From contig JAWBAK010000001.1 in the NCBI GenBank assembly GCA_038997165.1, positions 342,108 to 406,107 of the forward strand: DNA of 64,000 bases, read 5' to 3'. The translations under genes were made by a program, and so were the position numbers. Position 1 is the stretch's first letter. The number at the start of each line of letters is the position of its first letter. This DNA comes from Candidatus Aenigmatarchaeota archaeon. GTDB taxonomy: Archaea; Aenigmatarchaeota; Aenigmatarchaeia; CG10238-14; SpSt-28. Under the pieces are notes generated by a model. That model saw only the letters and a program-made list of their open reading frames with translations, did no database searches and was not told the DNA's origin. Below, piece by piece: positions 32,582 to 41,604 of this stretch.

Positions 32582-32730
32582 GCCGGGGTCGCCTAGTGGA
32601 CATGGCGGCGGACTTGAGTGATAGATTGGCGTGAAACTGATAAGAGATATAAAAAATGATGTGGGTGTCGAAATAAGAAAGAAATCCGCTGGGCTCTAAG
32701 CCCGCGTGGGTTCGAATCCCACCCCCGGCG
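32582..32730 (+). tRNA. tRNA-Ser (TGA), class II, with 65-nt intron (32619..32683) at the canonical 37/38 position
   Basis: GCCGGGG..GCGGA-CTTGAG|intron|A-TCCGC, long variable arm TGGGCTCTAAGCCCGC, T-arm GTGGGTTCGAATCCCAC, CCCCGGC-G. Confidence 0.85.
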
Positions 32731-32760
32731 AAATTCTTTGAATTTTTTAAAATTATTTTT

Positions 32761-32831
32761 TGGGCCCGCTGGGAGTTGAACCCAGCTCTCTGCCGCGTGA
32801 AGGCAGCGTCCTACCGCTAGACTACGGGCCC
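32761..32831 (-). tRNA. tRNA-Val (CAC)
   Basis: Reverse complement GGGCCCG..CTGCC-TTCACGC-GGCAG..CTGGGTTCAACTCCCAG-CGGGCCC-A. Confidence 0.9.
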
Positions 32832-32836
32832 AAAAA

Positions 32837-33250
32837 TTATTTTCTTATTTTTCTCCAATGAATGCTTGTATGAAGAAGTATTCTATCTTCAAAAAAATCA
32901 AAAATAAGATGAATTAAAAATGCTAAAAAAAGAAGAGATAAAAATAAATTTAGGAACATAATTATTGGCACTAATATTAAAAGAATTGTAATAAAATAAA
33001 TATTATGAAATATTAAAAATCCTCTTCTTTCTCTATCACTTTTTATATTAAAAATTAAAAATTCTTTAAGTGACGTAAATTTAATATATTTTAAATAAAT
33101 AAAATGATCTATATCAGGTAAAAAAGCTCCTATAAAAATAGCAACAATTCTTTCTATTAAAGATAATTCTTGAATGTATAGAAAAGAGAGAATAAAAAGT
33201 ATTGTTGGAATTATAAAATGTAGTACTGTATGCAATTTCCAACTTTCCAT
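32837..33250 (-). CDS. Membrane-bound metal-dependent hydrolase-like protein (DUF457/YdjM-like)
   Basis: Small polytopic protein with an LPDIDH motif. Confidence 0.4.
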   Translation of the reverse strand: MESWKLHTVLHFIIPTILFILSFLYIQELSLIERIVAIFIGAFLPDIDHFIYLKYIKFTSLKEFLIFNIKSDRERRGFLIFHNIYFITILLILVPIIMFLNLFLSLLFLAFLIHLIFDFFEDRILLHTSIHWRKIRK

Positions 33251-33253
33251 AAG

Positions 33254-33814
33254 TTAAAAAAAGAAAAATAAAAATAATAAAGAAATTATTAAAAAAATAA
33301 TAGAAGATATGATAAAAAAAGATAGATATAGCGGCGAATAAAAAAATAAGATAGAACCAAAAGAGTTTTTATAAGGAAATAAAAAAGAAAGAATTAATAT
33401 AGAAGGTAAAAATGTAAGTAAAAAGCTCTTAATTACTATTCCAAAAATTGCAAATATAAAAAGTGTTAATATAAAAATAAAGGATACCTTTCCAATTTCT
33501 TTTGAAGTAATTTTGTTTTCAAAAATTTTTCTTGCTTTTGAATAATAATATATTTCTTCTAAAGATAATATTGGAAAAAAAGGAATTTTAAAAATTATAA
33601 ATACTATAGAAATTAACATACCAAAAATATTTAGTTTAAAGATTGGTTTTATATAGATTTTTTCCGAATATAAAAAAGATGTTATAAAAGGAAAAAACAG
33701 AACTAAAAATGATGTTATTAATGAAATAAAATAATTGAAAGAAAAAATATAGGCTATTGAAATTCCACAAAATAAAGATGCAATAATTATTGTTAAAAAA
33801 TTTTGAATAAACAT
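33254..33814 (-). CDS. Polytopic membrane protein, uncharacterised
   Basis: Almost entirely hydrophobic, 186 aa. Confidence 0.3.
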   Translation of the reverse strand: MFIQNFLTIIIASLFCGISIAYIFSFNYFISLITSFLVLFFPFITSFLYSEKIYIKPIFKLNIFGMLISIVFIIFKIPFFPILSLEEIYYYSKARKIFENKITSKEIGKVSFIFILTLFIFAIFGIVIKSFLLTFLPSILILSFLFPYKNSFGSILFFYSPLYLSFFIISSIIFLIISLLFLFFFF

Positions 33815-34602
33815 TAAGAAAAGAAATATTTTAGTGCATCCTCTATATTATAAACTTCTATAACTTTTATTCCAATTTCCTTTGAAATATCTATTTCTTT
33901 TGTTTCAAAAGTTATTCTACAAAATTCAAAATTTCCGATTCTAGTACAATCTCTTTTTGGAATAAGTTCAAATTCTATTGATTGACCTTTTGGAACTAAA
34001 CATATTTTTGCACCATAATTTTTTGCTGCTAAGCACTTTTCTTTTATAGCTCCAACTCTTCCTATATTTCCATTTTCATCTATAGTACCTGTAATTACAA
34101 CATCTTTTTTAAATTCTTTTTGAGTTAGTGCAGCTATAGTTGCAATAGTAATTGCTGAACCAGCAGATGGGCCACCAATTATTGAAGCATTAGCTTCTAT
34201 AGTATAAATAATATCTAAATTCGATGTGTTAATTTTTGTAATTTTTTCAGCCAAATTTTTTGCTATTCTTATTGAGTTTTGTGTATCGATCCAAAACAAT
34301 AAATTTTCAATATTTACTAAAATTTTTCCACTACCATTTTTAACCTCAACAATTAATTTTGTTATAACTCCATTTCCATTTTCATCAACAGCTAATAATG
34401 GGAACTCTACTTTTGAATAATTAGAAAAATATTGAGAAACAAAATCAATTTTAGATGGTAAATTATTTGTGCTTTCAAGTTTAATTTTTTTGAAAATAAT
34501 TTGAAGGTTATAATATATTGAAAAAACGCTTAAAATTATTACTAAGAATGAGAGTAACAAAATAATATTATTGTTATTTTTATTCTTCTTTTTTCCTCTC
34601 AT
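33814..34602 (-). CDS. Membrane-anchored S16 (Lon C-terminal) serine protease
   Basis: N-terminal TM, GGPSAGSAITIATIAALT catalytic Ser region, downstream GNIGRVGAIKEK. Confidence 0.7.
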   Translation of the reverse strand: MRGKKKNKNNNNIILLLSFLVIILSVFSIYYNLQIIFKKIKLESTNNLPSKIDFVSQYFSNYSKVEFPLLAVDENGNGVITKLIVEVKNGSGKILVNIENLLFWIDTQNSIRIAKNLAEKITKINTSNLDIIYTIEANASIIGGPSAGSAITIATIAALTQKEFKKDVVITGTIDENGNIGRVGAIKEKCLAAKNYGAKICLVPKGQSIEFELIPKRDCTRIGNFEFCRITFETKEIDISKEIGIKVIEVYNIEDALKYFFS

Positions 34603-34635
34603 ATAAGATAATTAGCGGAAGAATTTAAAATAATT

Positions 34636-34918
34636 GGTGGGGGCACGCTTAGGGTCGATAGATTAACCCACTACGATTTACCCAACCCTCGGCTAATAAG
34701 CATATCCGTGAACGCAGATATTATAGCTTATGGCTGCTTCCTTTCGGACCTCACCAGGTTCGCTATAATATCTGCCCCACGGATATGCTTATTTCATAGC
34801 CTAAGGTTGGATCGTAGTGAGTTAATCTACCTTCCCTAAGCTACGGCGGCCGTTATGGACCGTTTGCCCTGGCATTTTGCCAGAGGGGAGGCCCAGCCCC
34901 CCGCCGGAGGCCCCCACC
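34636..34918 (-). ncRNA. ffs: Signal recognition particle RNA (7S/SRP RNA)
   Basis: GC-rich island with paired ends GGTGGGGGC...GCCCCCACC. The minus strand reads CCTGGTGAGGTCCGAAAGGAAGCAGCC, the conserved helix 8 SRP54-binding motif with a GNAR loop, inside a long extended hairpin. Confidence 0.85.
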
Positions 34919-34994
34919 TAATTATTTTATAGTTTTATTAAATAATAAACGAAAGCTTTAAATAATTTATTTATAGAAATAAATAGTAAGTAAT

Positions 34995-35123
34995 ATGAAC
35001 TACTTACTTTTTGAAGAAGAGGAGGAAGAGGAAGAAGAAGAAGACTTTGAAGAAGAAGAAGAGTGGGAAGAAGAAGAGCTGGAAGAAGACTTTGAAGAAG
35101 AAGAAGAGTGGGAAGAAGAGTAA
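34995..35123 (+). CDS. Possible 42-aa hyper-acidic micro-protein (MNYLLFEEEEEEEEEEDFEEEEEWEEEELEEDFEEEEEWEEE)
   Basis: ATG at 34995, TAA at 35121, read by hand and below the ORF-track length cut-off. Built on a GAA-rich tandem duplication. Coding status unproven. Confidence 0.25.
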   Translation: MNYLLFEEEEEEEEEEDFEEEEEWEEEELEEDFEEEEEWEEE

Positions 35124-35127
35124 TAGA

Positions 35128-35988
35128 CTAAAAAACTTTAAAATCTATCCTTACTTTATATATTTTTGGTGCATAAGGCAAAACTTTTATTTTTTCAAGG
35201 ATTTCATAATTAAAGTTAAATAGTTTAGTAGCTTCTTCAATATCATTTAACGCTTTTTCAAATAAATTATCTTCTTTACCCCAATTATAGTAATGAATAA
35301 TTGTATTTTCTTTAGCAAATTCTAATGCTTTAATTAAAAAATTTTCTGTAGAAATTGGTAATGTAACTAAAATTCTGTCAAATTTTTCTTTTAAATTTAA
35401 ATATCTTACATCGCAAATTATATTAAATAATTTATTTTCCACCTTATTTATTTTTTTATTTTCTTCTGCATATTTTATTGCGTATTTATTAATTTCTATA
35501 CAATAAACTTTTACATTTTTTATTTTTTTAAAAATTGCAAATGCAAACGGAGCAATACCACTAAATAAATATAGTATCTTTTCGTTTTCTTTAACTTTTG
35601 ATGCTATTCTTTGTCTTTCAGTTGATTCTCTCGGAGAAAAATAAACTTTTGTTGGATCTAATTTTAGAAAATAACCATATTCTTTATGAATTACTTCAGT
35701 ATTTTTATCTCCGATTATTTCAAATTCATATAATCTTAGATTACCTTTTCTTGGCGTTTTTTTAAATAATACAGATTTAACATTCTTATTCAATTCCATT
35801 ATAGCTTTTGCTATTTCGTTTTTATATCTATCATATATTTCATTCCAATCTATAATAGCAACAGCTTTTTCTTTATTACCAATTATATCAAAACTTCTAG
35901 GTATTTTATCTAAAATTTCTTTAGGAATTTTATCCTTTAATTTCTCTTTTAACATAATTATGAATATGATAGTTGCACTAAATTTCAA
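35128..35988 (-). CDS. trm5: tRNA (guanine37-N1)-methyltransferase Trm5 / Met-10+ like
   Basis: RSFDIIGNKEKAVAII, class I SAM fold (LYLFSGIAPFA), DRILVTLP. The likely true start is the internal Met at 35955 (MLKEKLKD), which removes the overlap with tpiA. Confidence 0.65.
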   Translation of the reverse strand: MKFSATIIFIIMLKEKLKDKIPKEILDKIPRSFDIIGNKEKAVAIIDWNEIYDRYKNEIAKAIMELNKNVKSVLFKKTPRKGNLRLYEFEIIGDKNTEVIHKEYGYFLKLDPTKVYFSPRESTERQRIASKVKENEKILYLFSGIAPFAFAIFKKIKNVKVYCIEINKYAIKYAEENKKINKVENKLFNIICDVRYLNLKEKFDRILVTLPISTENFLIKALEFAKENTIIHYYNWGKEDNLFEKALNDIEEATKLFNFNYEILEKIKVLPYAPKIYKVRIDFKVF

Positions 35989-36613
35989 AGCTTTTAAAGA
36001 ATTGATTGGATATAATTCTATAAGAGTTATTAGAAAAATTGATAAAAAATTTAAAAATATAAGTATAATTGCTATAATAAATCCAGCCGATATATCTTTA
36101 GTTTCTAGATTTAAAAGAAAAAATTTAAAAATTTATGTATCTTTAAATAGATATTGCGAAACTTATGGTTCCTTTACAGGTTGTATTCCTTTGGATTATA
36201 TAAAAGAAATAGGTATTGATGGCGTTCTGTTAAATCATTATGAAAATAGAATAGACTTAAAAACTATTAAACAATTTATCGAGTACTGTAAAAAAGTTAA
36301 TTTAGAAACAATGGTTTGTGCAAAAAACTTAAAAGAAGCTAAAAAAATAGATAAATTAAATCCAAATAGTATAGCATATGAAGTACCAGAATTAATAGGT
36401 AGTGGAAAAGCAATTTCAAAATATAAAGCAGAAAGTTTAAAAAAATTTGTTAAAATTGTTAAAAATATTCCTATATGTGGTGCTGGAATTTCTGAAGCTA
36501 TTGATGTAAAAATTGCTAAAGAATTAGGAGTTAAAGGTGTATTAATTGCTAGTGCTTTTGCTAAAGCTAAAAATAAATTAGAATTTCTTAACCAAATAGA
36601 CAAAATTTTATGA
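35960..36613 (+). CDS. tpiA: Triosephosphate isomerase (short archaeal type)
   Basis: ~217 aa, NFKAF, LLNHYENR, AYEVPELIGSG, CGAGIS...GVLIASAF. Confidence 0.8.
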   Translation: MNMIVALNFKAFKELIGYNSIRVIRKIDKKFKNISIIAIINPADISLVSRFKRKNLKIYVSLNRYCETYGSFTGCIPLDYIKEIGIDGVLLNHYENRIDLKTIKQFIEYCKKVNLETMVCAKNLKEAKKIDKLNPNSIAYEVPELIGSGKAISKYKAESLKKFVKIVKNIPICGAGISEAIDVKIAKELGVKGVLIASAFAKAKNKLEFLNQIDKIL

Positions 36614-37539
36614 GAGCACTAGTTGTTGGAAGTTCTTTAATAGATATAGTTTGTAGATTTGAAGATAAAATCATAACGAAGAAAAATAATTTAATATTAA
36701 ACTTGGGATCAAAATATAATTTAGATTTAATAGAATTTTCTGTAGGAGGTTCTGCTTTAAATATTGCTTGTGATCTAGCTAATTTGAATAACGAAGTTAG
36801 TTTAATCTCTAGAATTGGAAAAGATATCTATGGAAACTATATATTAGAAACTTTGAAAAAATATAAGGTAAATCCTCTAATTAAAATCGATAAAGAATCT
36901 ACTGGTTTTTCAGTAATTTTGTTGAAAAATGGAGAAAAAATTGTTCTATCTAGCAAAGGAGCTTCTGAAAATTTAGAAGAAAATGATATAAATGAGGAAA
37001 CGATAAAGAAAAATGATATAATAATCGCAACTAGTTGTGGAAAAAATTCTAAAAAAATTTATAAAAAAATTTTTAAATTATCAAAAAAATATAATAAATT
37101 TTTTGTTTTTAATCCAAGCATTTCAATAATAAGGAAAGAAAGAAATTTATTAGAGATATTTAGTGATGGCGAAATAATTATTTTAAATGAAGAAGAAGCT
37201 AAAGAACTGACTAAAAAAAGAAATATTAATAAAGCTGCTAAAAAATTACTAAAACATTTTAGAAGAGTAATAATTACATTAGGAAAAAGAGGTTCGATTT
37301 ATTTTGATTATAATAATAAAATTTATCAAAAAGCATATAAAGTAAGAGTTGTTAGCACAATAGGGGCAGGTGATAGTTTTACTGCAGGTTTTGTTCATTA
37401 TTATTTTAAAACAAGAAATATAATTGATTCTTTAAAATTTGCAGCTGCATATGCAGCAATTAACGTTTCTAATTTTGGAAGTATAGTTGAGGCAAAAGAA
37501 TTTGAAGTTTTAGATTTTATTAAAAAATTCAAAATTTAA
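36610..37539 (+). CDS. PfkB-family sugar/nucleoside kinase
   Basis: GGSALNIA and the GAGDSFTAGF signature. Confidence 0.75.
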   Translation: MRALVVGSSLIDIVCRFEDKIITKKNNLILNLGSKYNLDLIEFSVGGSALNIACDLANLNNEVSLISRIGKDIYGNYILETLKKYKVNPLIKIDKESTGFSVILLKNGEKIVLSSKGASENLEENDINEETIKKNDIIIATSCGKNSKKIYKKIFKLSKKYNKFFVFNPSISIIRKERNLLEIFSDGEIIILNEEEAKELTKKRNINKAAKKLLKHFRRVIITLGKRGSIYFDYNNKIYQKAYKVRVVSTIGAGDSFTAGFVHYYFKTRNIIDSLKFAAAYAAINVSNFGSIVEAKEFEVLDFIKKFKI

Positions 37540-37542
37540 ATC

Positions 37543-37803
37543 TTAGATGGTAAAAAACTTTTTAAATTCTTCTTGTATTTCAATTTTTTTAAAATGGAGA
37601 CACGCATCAATATATGCCCAAGAAATCGTTATTGCTTCGAAAGAGTTTAAATAATCTTCCTTTTCAAAAAAATATTTTGCATCATAAAAATAACTTTTTG
37701 CTAACTCTATTAATTCATTATCTTCTAATATTTTTAAATTCTTCATAACTTCTTCAATAATTTTTATTTGCTTTTCTGCTAATTCTTTTAGTTTTTCCTT
37801 CAT
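37543..37803 (-). CDS. DUF357-family small helical protein
   Basis: 86 aa; the SWAYIDACLH motif is typical of archaeal DUF357. Confidence 0.5.
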   Translation of the reverse strand: MKEKLKELAEKQIKIIEEVMKNLKILEDNELIELAKSYFYDAKYFFEKEDYLNSFEAITISWAYIDACLHFKKIEIQEEFKKFFTI

Positions 37804-38571
37804 TTAAATGTTTAAATTTAAAAGCTTTATTATATTTTCATCTATTGTTTTTTCCACAGTTTCTAAACTAATATTCTTTAATTTTGAGATATATTCTAAA
37901 CAAATTTTTACATTCGTAGGTTCATTTATTTCTTTTCCAATTCCACACCAAGGAGAATCAGTTTCTGTAACTAAAAACTCTAGAGGAATTTCTTTAGCTA
38001 CATTCTGTATTGCAGGATTTTTATATATTTGATTGTTTATACTTATAAAGTAATTTTCCTTTATGGTTTCTTTTGCAATTTTGATTTTTCCATCAAAAAA
38101 ATGAAAAACAGCACTTTTAACATCTTCATTAACAATAATTTTGAAAACATCCTCAATTGCTAATCTTGCATGCAATATTATAGGTTTTTTAATATCTTTA
38201 GAAATTTCAATAAATCTTTTAAAAACTTCTATAGATTTTTTAATTTTTTCACTTTCTTTTATCCAATAATAATCTAATCCAATTTCTCCAATTGCAACTA
38301 TTTTATCTCTATTTTGATAAATAAATTCTAGATATTCATCTATCTCCCTTTCTGTATAGTTAATTGCTTCAATAGGGTGCAAACCTAAAGAACTAAATAC
38401 AAAATTCTTATATTTTTCTGATAGTTGAATAGAATGTTTTGCATCTTCAAAATTAGTTGCAGAATCTATAATAGCTTTTAAGTGTTTTTTATATTCTTCA
38501 ATTTTATTAACTAATGGGTTATAATTTTTATTAAATGTTTTAGTACTTAAATGACAATGTATATCTATCAT
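37804..38571 (-). CDS. tatD: TatD-family metal-dependent hydrolase/DNase
   Basis: MIDIHCHL, GEIGLDY, ILHAR, ETDSPW. Confidence 0.8.
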   Translation of the reverse strand: MIDIHCHLSTKTFNKNYNPLVNKIEEYKKHLKAIIDSATNFEDAKHSIQLSEKYKNFVFSSLGLHPIEAINYTEREIDEYLEFIYQNRDKIVAIGEIGLDYYWIKESEKIKKSIEVFKRFIEISKDIKKPIILHARLAIEDVFKIIVNEDVKSAVFHFFDGKIKIAKETIKENYFISINNQIYKNPAIQNVAKEIPLEFLVTETDSPWCGIGKEINEPTNVKICLEYISKLKNISLETVEKTIDENIIKLLNLNI

Positions 38572-39626
38572 AAATTTTTATTTGAATGCTTTAAATAGTT
38601 TAAAAGCTTATCTATTTTTAGTTGAAATTCCTCGTATTCACTATTGTAATATTCTATGTTCATACTCATATCTAAATCAAAGATATATAAATTACTTACT
38701 ACTCTAACATTTTTTATTCCATTATTTTTTAAAATTTCTCTGATATTTTTTGCATGAGCCGCACCTACAATAACTAATATTCTATATTTTCCAAACTCTC
38801 TTTTAAGCTCTTCAACAGATTTCATAATTTCGTAAGCCATTTCTCTTTCTCTCAGATTATTTATATATCTTATAAGTTCTATATTATTTTCATTATATGC
38901 CTTATTAAGTTCTTCTCTCAGATGTTCATTATTGTCTATAATCTTTTCTTCAGACCCAACTTTGAGAATTGCTTCTTTTATATAAAAATCTCTTATTGTA
39001 AGTCTATAAATTATTCTCGAAGGTATAAGAAGCTCTAAATATTTATATAGATCAGAAAGATATGTTAAATATTTTTCTATATCAGTATCTAATTTTTCAT
39101 AGATAAAAGAGTTTATTGATTCTTCTACAAACTTACGTAAATTATAAAATTCTTTGCCATTTAAATCAAACAAATTAGTATCGATATTAATTTCATACTT
39201 TTTTCTTTTATTTTTTATTGAATATCTTTTCAAAATTTCTGATATAATATTTTCTAATTTTTGTCTTTCTTCTTCTGAAATTCTATCACTAATAGTTTCT
39301 AGATAATATTTAATAGTTCCTATTTCTTTCATGTTTTCTATAAATTCCTTCTTAAAATCTTCTATACTACCTTCAACTTCTCTTAAATCTTCCGATTTCA
39401 AAATATAACCTTCCGATAAAACTTTATAAGGTTTGAGTCTTTTTATTAACCAACTTATTATTTTTGCATCTAATTCTGATAAGTGATTCTCGCCATATAT
39501 TACGATTAGATCTCTATTAATTTTTTTATCAATTACAGATGAAACTATTTCTTTGATAGAGCTAATAGCAAACGGTACTTCAAATAGAATATTCAAAATC
39601 TTTTTTATTTCGTTTCTTACGTTCAT
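38568..39626 (-). CDS. Uncharacterised protein (weak Tiki/TraB/ChaN-like GxxH motifs)
   Basis: YGENHLSE near the N-terminus and VGAAHAKNI near the C-terminus. Speculative. Confidence 0.25.
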   Translation of the reverse strand: MNVRNEIKKILNILFEVPFAISSIKEIVSSVIDKKINRDLIVIYGENHLSELDAKIISWLIKRLKPYKVLSEGYILKSEDLREVEGSIEDFKKEFIENMKEIGTIKYYLETISDRISEEERQKLENIISEILKRYSIKNKRKKYEINIDTNLFDLNGKEFYNLRKFVEESINSFIYEKLDTDIEKYLTYLSDLYKYLELLIPSRIIYRLTIRDFYIKEAILKVGSEEKIIDNNEHLREELNKAYNENNIELIRYINNLREREMAYEIMKSVEELKREFGKYRILVIVGAAHAKNIREILKNNGIKNVRVVSNLYIFDLDMSMNIEYYNSEYEEFQLKIDKLLNYLKHSNKNL

Positions 39627-39715
39627 AAATGATTACAAATACATCCTCTATTATGCTTTTTAATGATTAGCGTTATTATTTAGAACTAAAATTAAAAATA
39701 TTATATATGAAGATT

Positions 39716-39815
39716 GCCGGGGTGGCGGAGCGGTTTCACGCGGCGGGCTGCAGGGTTTTGCGATTTATGAGCGATAGAAACCCGCAGATCCCGGGTTCAA
39801 ATCCCGGCCCCGGCT
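39716..39815 (+). tRNA. tRNA-Cys (GCA) with 26-nt intron (39754..39779)
   Basis: GCCGGGG..GCGGG-CTGCAG|intron|A-CCCGC..CCGGGTTCAAATCCCGG-CCCCGGC-T. Discriminator U73 fits Cys identity. Confidence 0.85.
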
Positions 39816-40020
39816 TTTTCCCTATTTAGATATTAAATTTTAAATACATACATTTTGTCGTGGATCTCCTAAGATCTATTTATTCCTAACTTTTTAAATT
39901 TGAATTTAGGTGTTTAGGTGTTTCAATTAGAATAAACAAAAGTTAAAAAATTGTAGACCCTTTATTATAGATTTTTTCATACGTTTGCAGCTTATAAACT
40001 TGTTCAAATGATTAAATTTT

Positions 40021-40236
40021 ATGAAGAAAATACGTAGCAACGAAGATATAAAAGAAATAGGAATAGCATTAATAATAGCAGTTATGGTTGTGGCTATAAT
40101 AGGAATAATGTTTACTAGGGATTATCTTAAATTAGGAATATGTATCTTAGGTCTAATAATAGTAGCATATATAGTCTATAAAATGGTATCTAAAACTAAA
40201 ATCTATAGTAGAAAAAGTAAGAAAATAACTTTATAA
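40021..40236 (+). CDS. Small two-TM membrane protein
   Basis: 71 aa, two hydrophobic helices. Confidence 0.3.
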   Translation: MKKIRSNEDIKEIGIALIIAVMVVAIIGIMFTRDYLKLGICILGLIIVAYIVYKMVSKTKIYSRKSKKITL

Positions 40237-40287
40237 TTTTTAACTGAGAAAATTTAATCAAATTTAAAAATCTCTTTTAATTTTATT

Positions 40288-41604
40288 ATGAGTAATAGCG
40301 AATTTTTAGTTCCTTTAAAAGGTTTAAGAGATTTTCCGCCAGAAATTGAAATTCTTAGAAGAAAAGTTTTTTCAAAAATAGAAAAAATTTTTCAAATATA
40401 TGGATTCGATCCTATAGAAACTCCAATAGTTGAAAAATGGGAAGTTTTAAAAGGTAAATATGGAGATGAAGCTGAAAATAGATTAATTTGGAGATTTAAA
40501 TTACCTTATAGCGAAAAAGAATTTGGATTAAGATATGATTTAACTGTTCCTTTAGCTAGATTTTATGCAAGATTTAGACCAAAATTACCATTTAAGAGAT
40601 ATCAAATAGGTAGAGTTTTTAGATATGAAGAACCGCAAAAAGGAAGATATAGAGAATTTTGGCAGTGTGATTTTGATATTTTAGGTTCAAAAAGTTTTTT
40701 AGCTGATGTAGAAATTTTAAATGTAGTTATTGATGTATTTAAAAAATTTAATTTTAAAGATTATTTAATTAAAATTAACGATAGAAATTTATTAACCCTT
40801 ATTTTTGAGAAAAAAATTGGAATCGAAAAAGAAAAAATAATTAAGGTCTATAGAATTATTGATAAATTGGATAAAATAGGAATAGAAAATGTTATAAAAG
40901 AATTAGAAAAAGAGTTGAATAAGGAGCAATTAAATGAAATCAAGAAAATTATTAGTATTTCACAATTAAGAAACGAAGAAATATTTGTTGAATTAGAAAA
41001 ACTTAATTTAAAAGAAATAGATGTTTATTTAGAGAATCTAAAAAATATAATAGATTTTGTAAAAGATAAAAACAGAATTAAGATAGATTTATGTTTAGTT
41101 AGAGGTTTAGATTATTATACTTCAACAATATTCGAAGCTGTAGTTGAAAAACCAAAAATTGGAAGTTTAGCTGGTGGTGGTAGATATGATAATTTGATTT
41201 CTAAGTTTATAAATCAAGATATTCCAGCTGTTGGAGGAAGTATAGGAATAGAAAGATTAATTGATGCTTGCTTAGAACTAGGAATTTTAAAAGTAGAAGA
41301 AAAAACTTATTCTGAAGTTGGTGTAATTTATTTAGAAAATGTAGATTTAAAAAAAGTACTAGAAGTTGTAAATAAATTGAGAGAAAACGAAATTAATACT
41401 TATTTTCATTTTGAAGGTTTTAGGAATGTTTTGGAAGGAATAAAAGAATTAGAAAGAAGAGGAATAAAATATGCGTTAATAATAGGGGAAAAAGAAATTA
41501 ATGAAAATGTTTTTACTTTACAAAATATTAGAACAAAAGAAAGAAAAAATTTAAGTTTGGAAGAAGTAATAAATTATCTAAAGCATCTAAAGCAAAAAGT
41601 TTAA
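40288..41604 (+). CDS. hisS: Histidine--tRNA ligase
   Basis: GLRDFPPE, FRYEEPQKGRYREFWQCDFD, GGGRYD. Confidence 0.9.
   Translation: MSNSEFLVPLKGLRDFPPEIEILRRKVFSKIEKIFQIYGFDPIETPIVEKWEVLKGKYGDEAENRLIWRFKLPYSEKEFGLRYDLTVPLARFYARFRPKLPFKRYQIGRVFRYEEPQKGRYREFWQCDFDILGSKSFLADVEILNVVIDVFKKFNFKDYLIKINDRNLLTLIFEKKIGIEKEKIIKVYRIIDKLDKIGIENVIKELEKELNKEQLNEIKKIISISQLRNEEIFVELEKLNLKEIDVYLENLKNIIDFVKDKNRIKIDLCLVRGLDYYTSTIFEAVVEKPKIGSLAGGGRYDNLISKFINQDIPAVGGSIGIERLIDACLELGILKVEEKTYSEVGVIYLENVDLKKVLEVVNKLRENEINTYFHFEGFRNVLEGIKELERRGIKYALIIGEKEINENVFTLQNIRTKERKNLSLEEVINYLKHLKQKV

Noticed and set aside
32459-32831. The tRNA cluster (Pro, Ser, Val) as a possible rRNA-operon remnant or integration hotspot.
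   Set aside because: No rRNA-like sequence, repeats or integrase lies nearby. It is simply a compact tRNA cluster between pheS and a membrane-protein gene.
35011-35223. 70-aa lysine-rich ORF (MKKRRKRKKKK...).
   Set aside because: It is an alternative frame of the GAA-rich repeat and runs about 95 nt into the 3' end of the convergent trm5 gene. The acidic frame is reported instead as a low-confidence micro-ORF.
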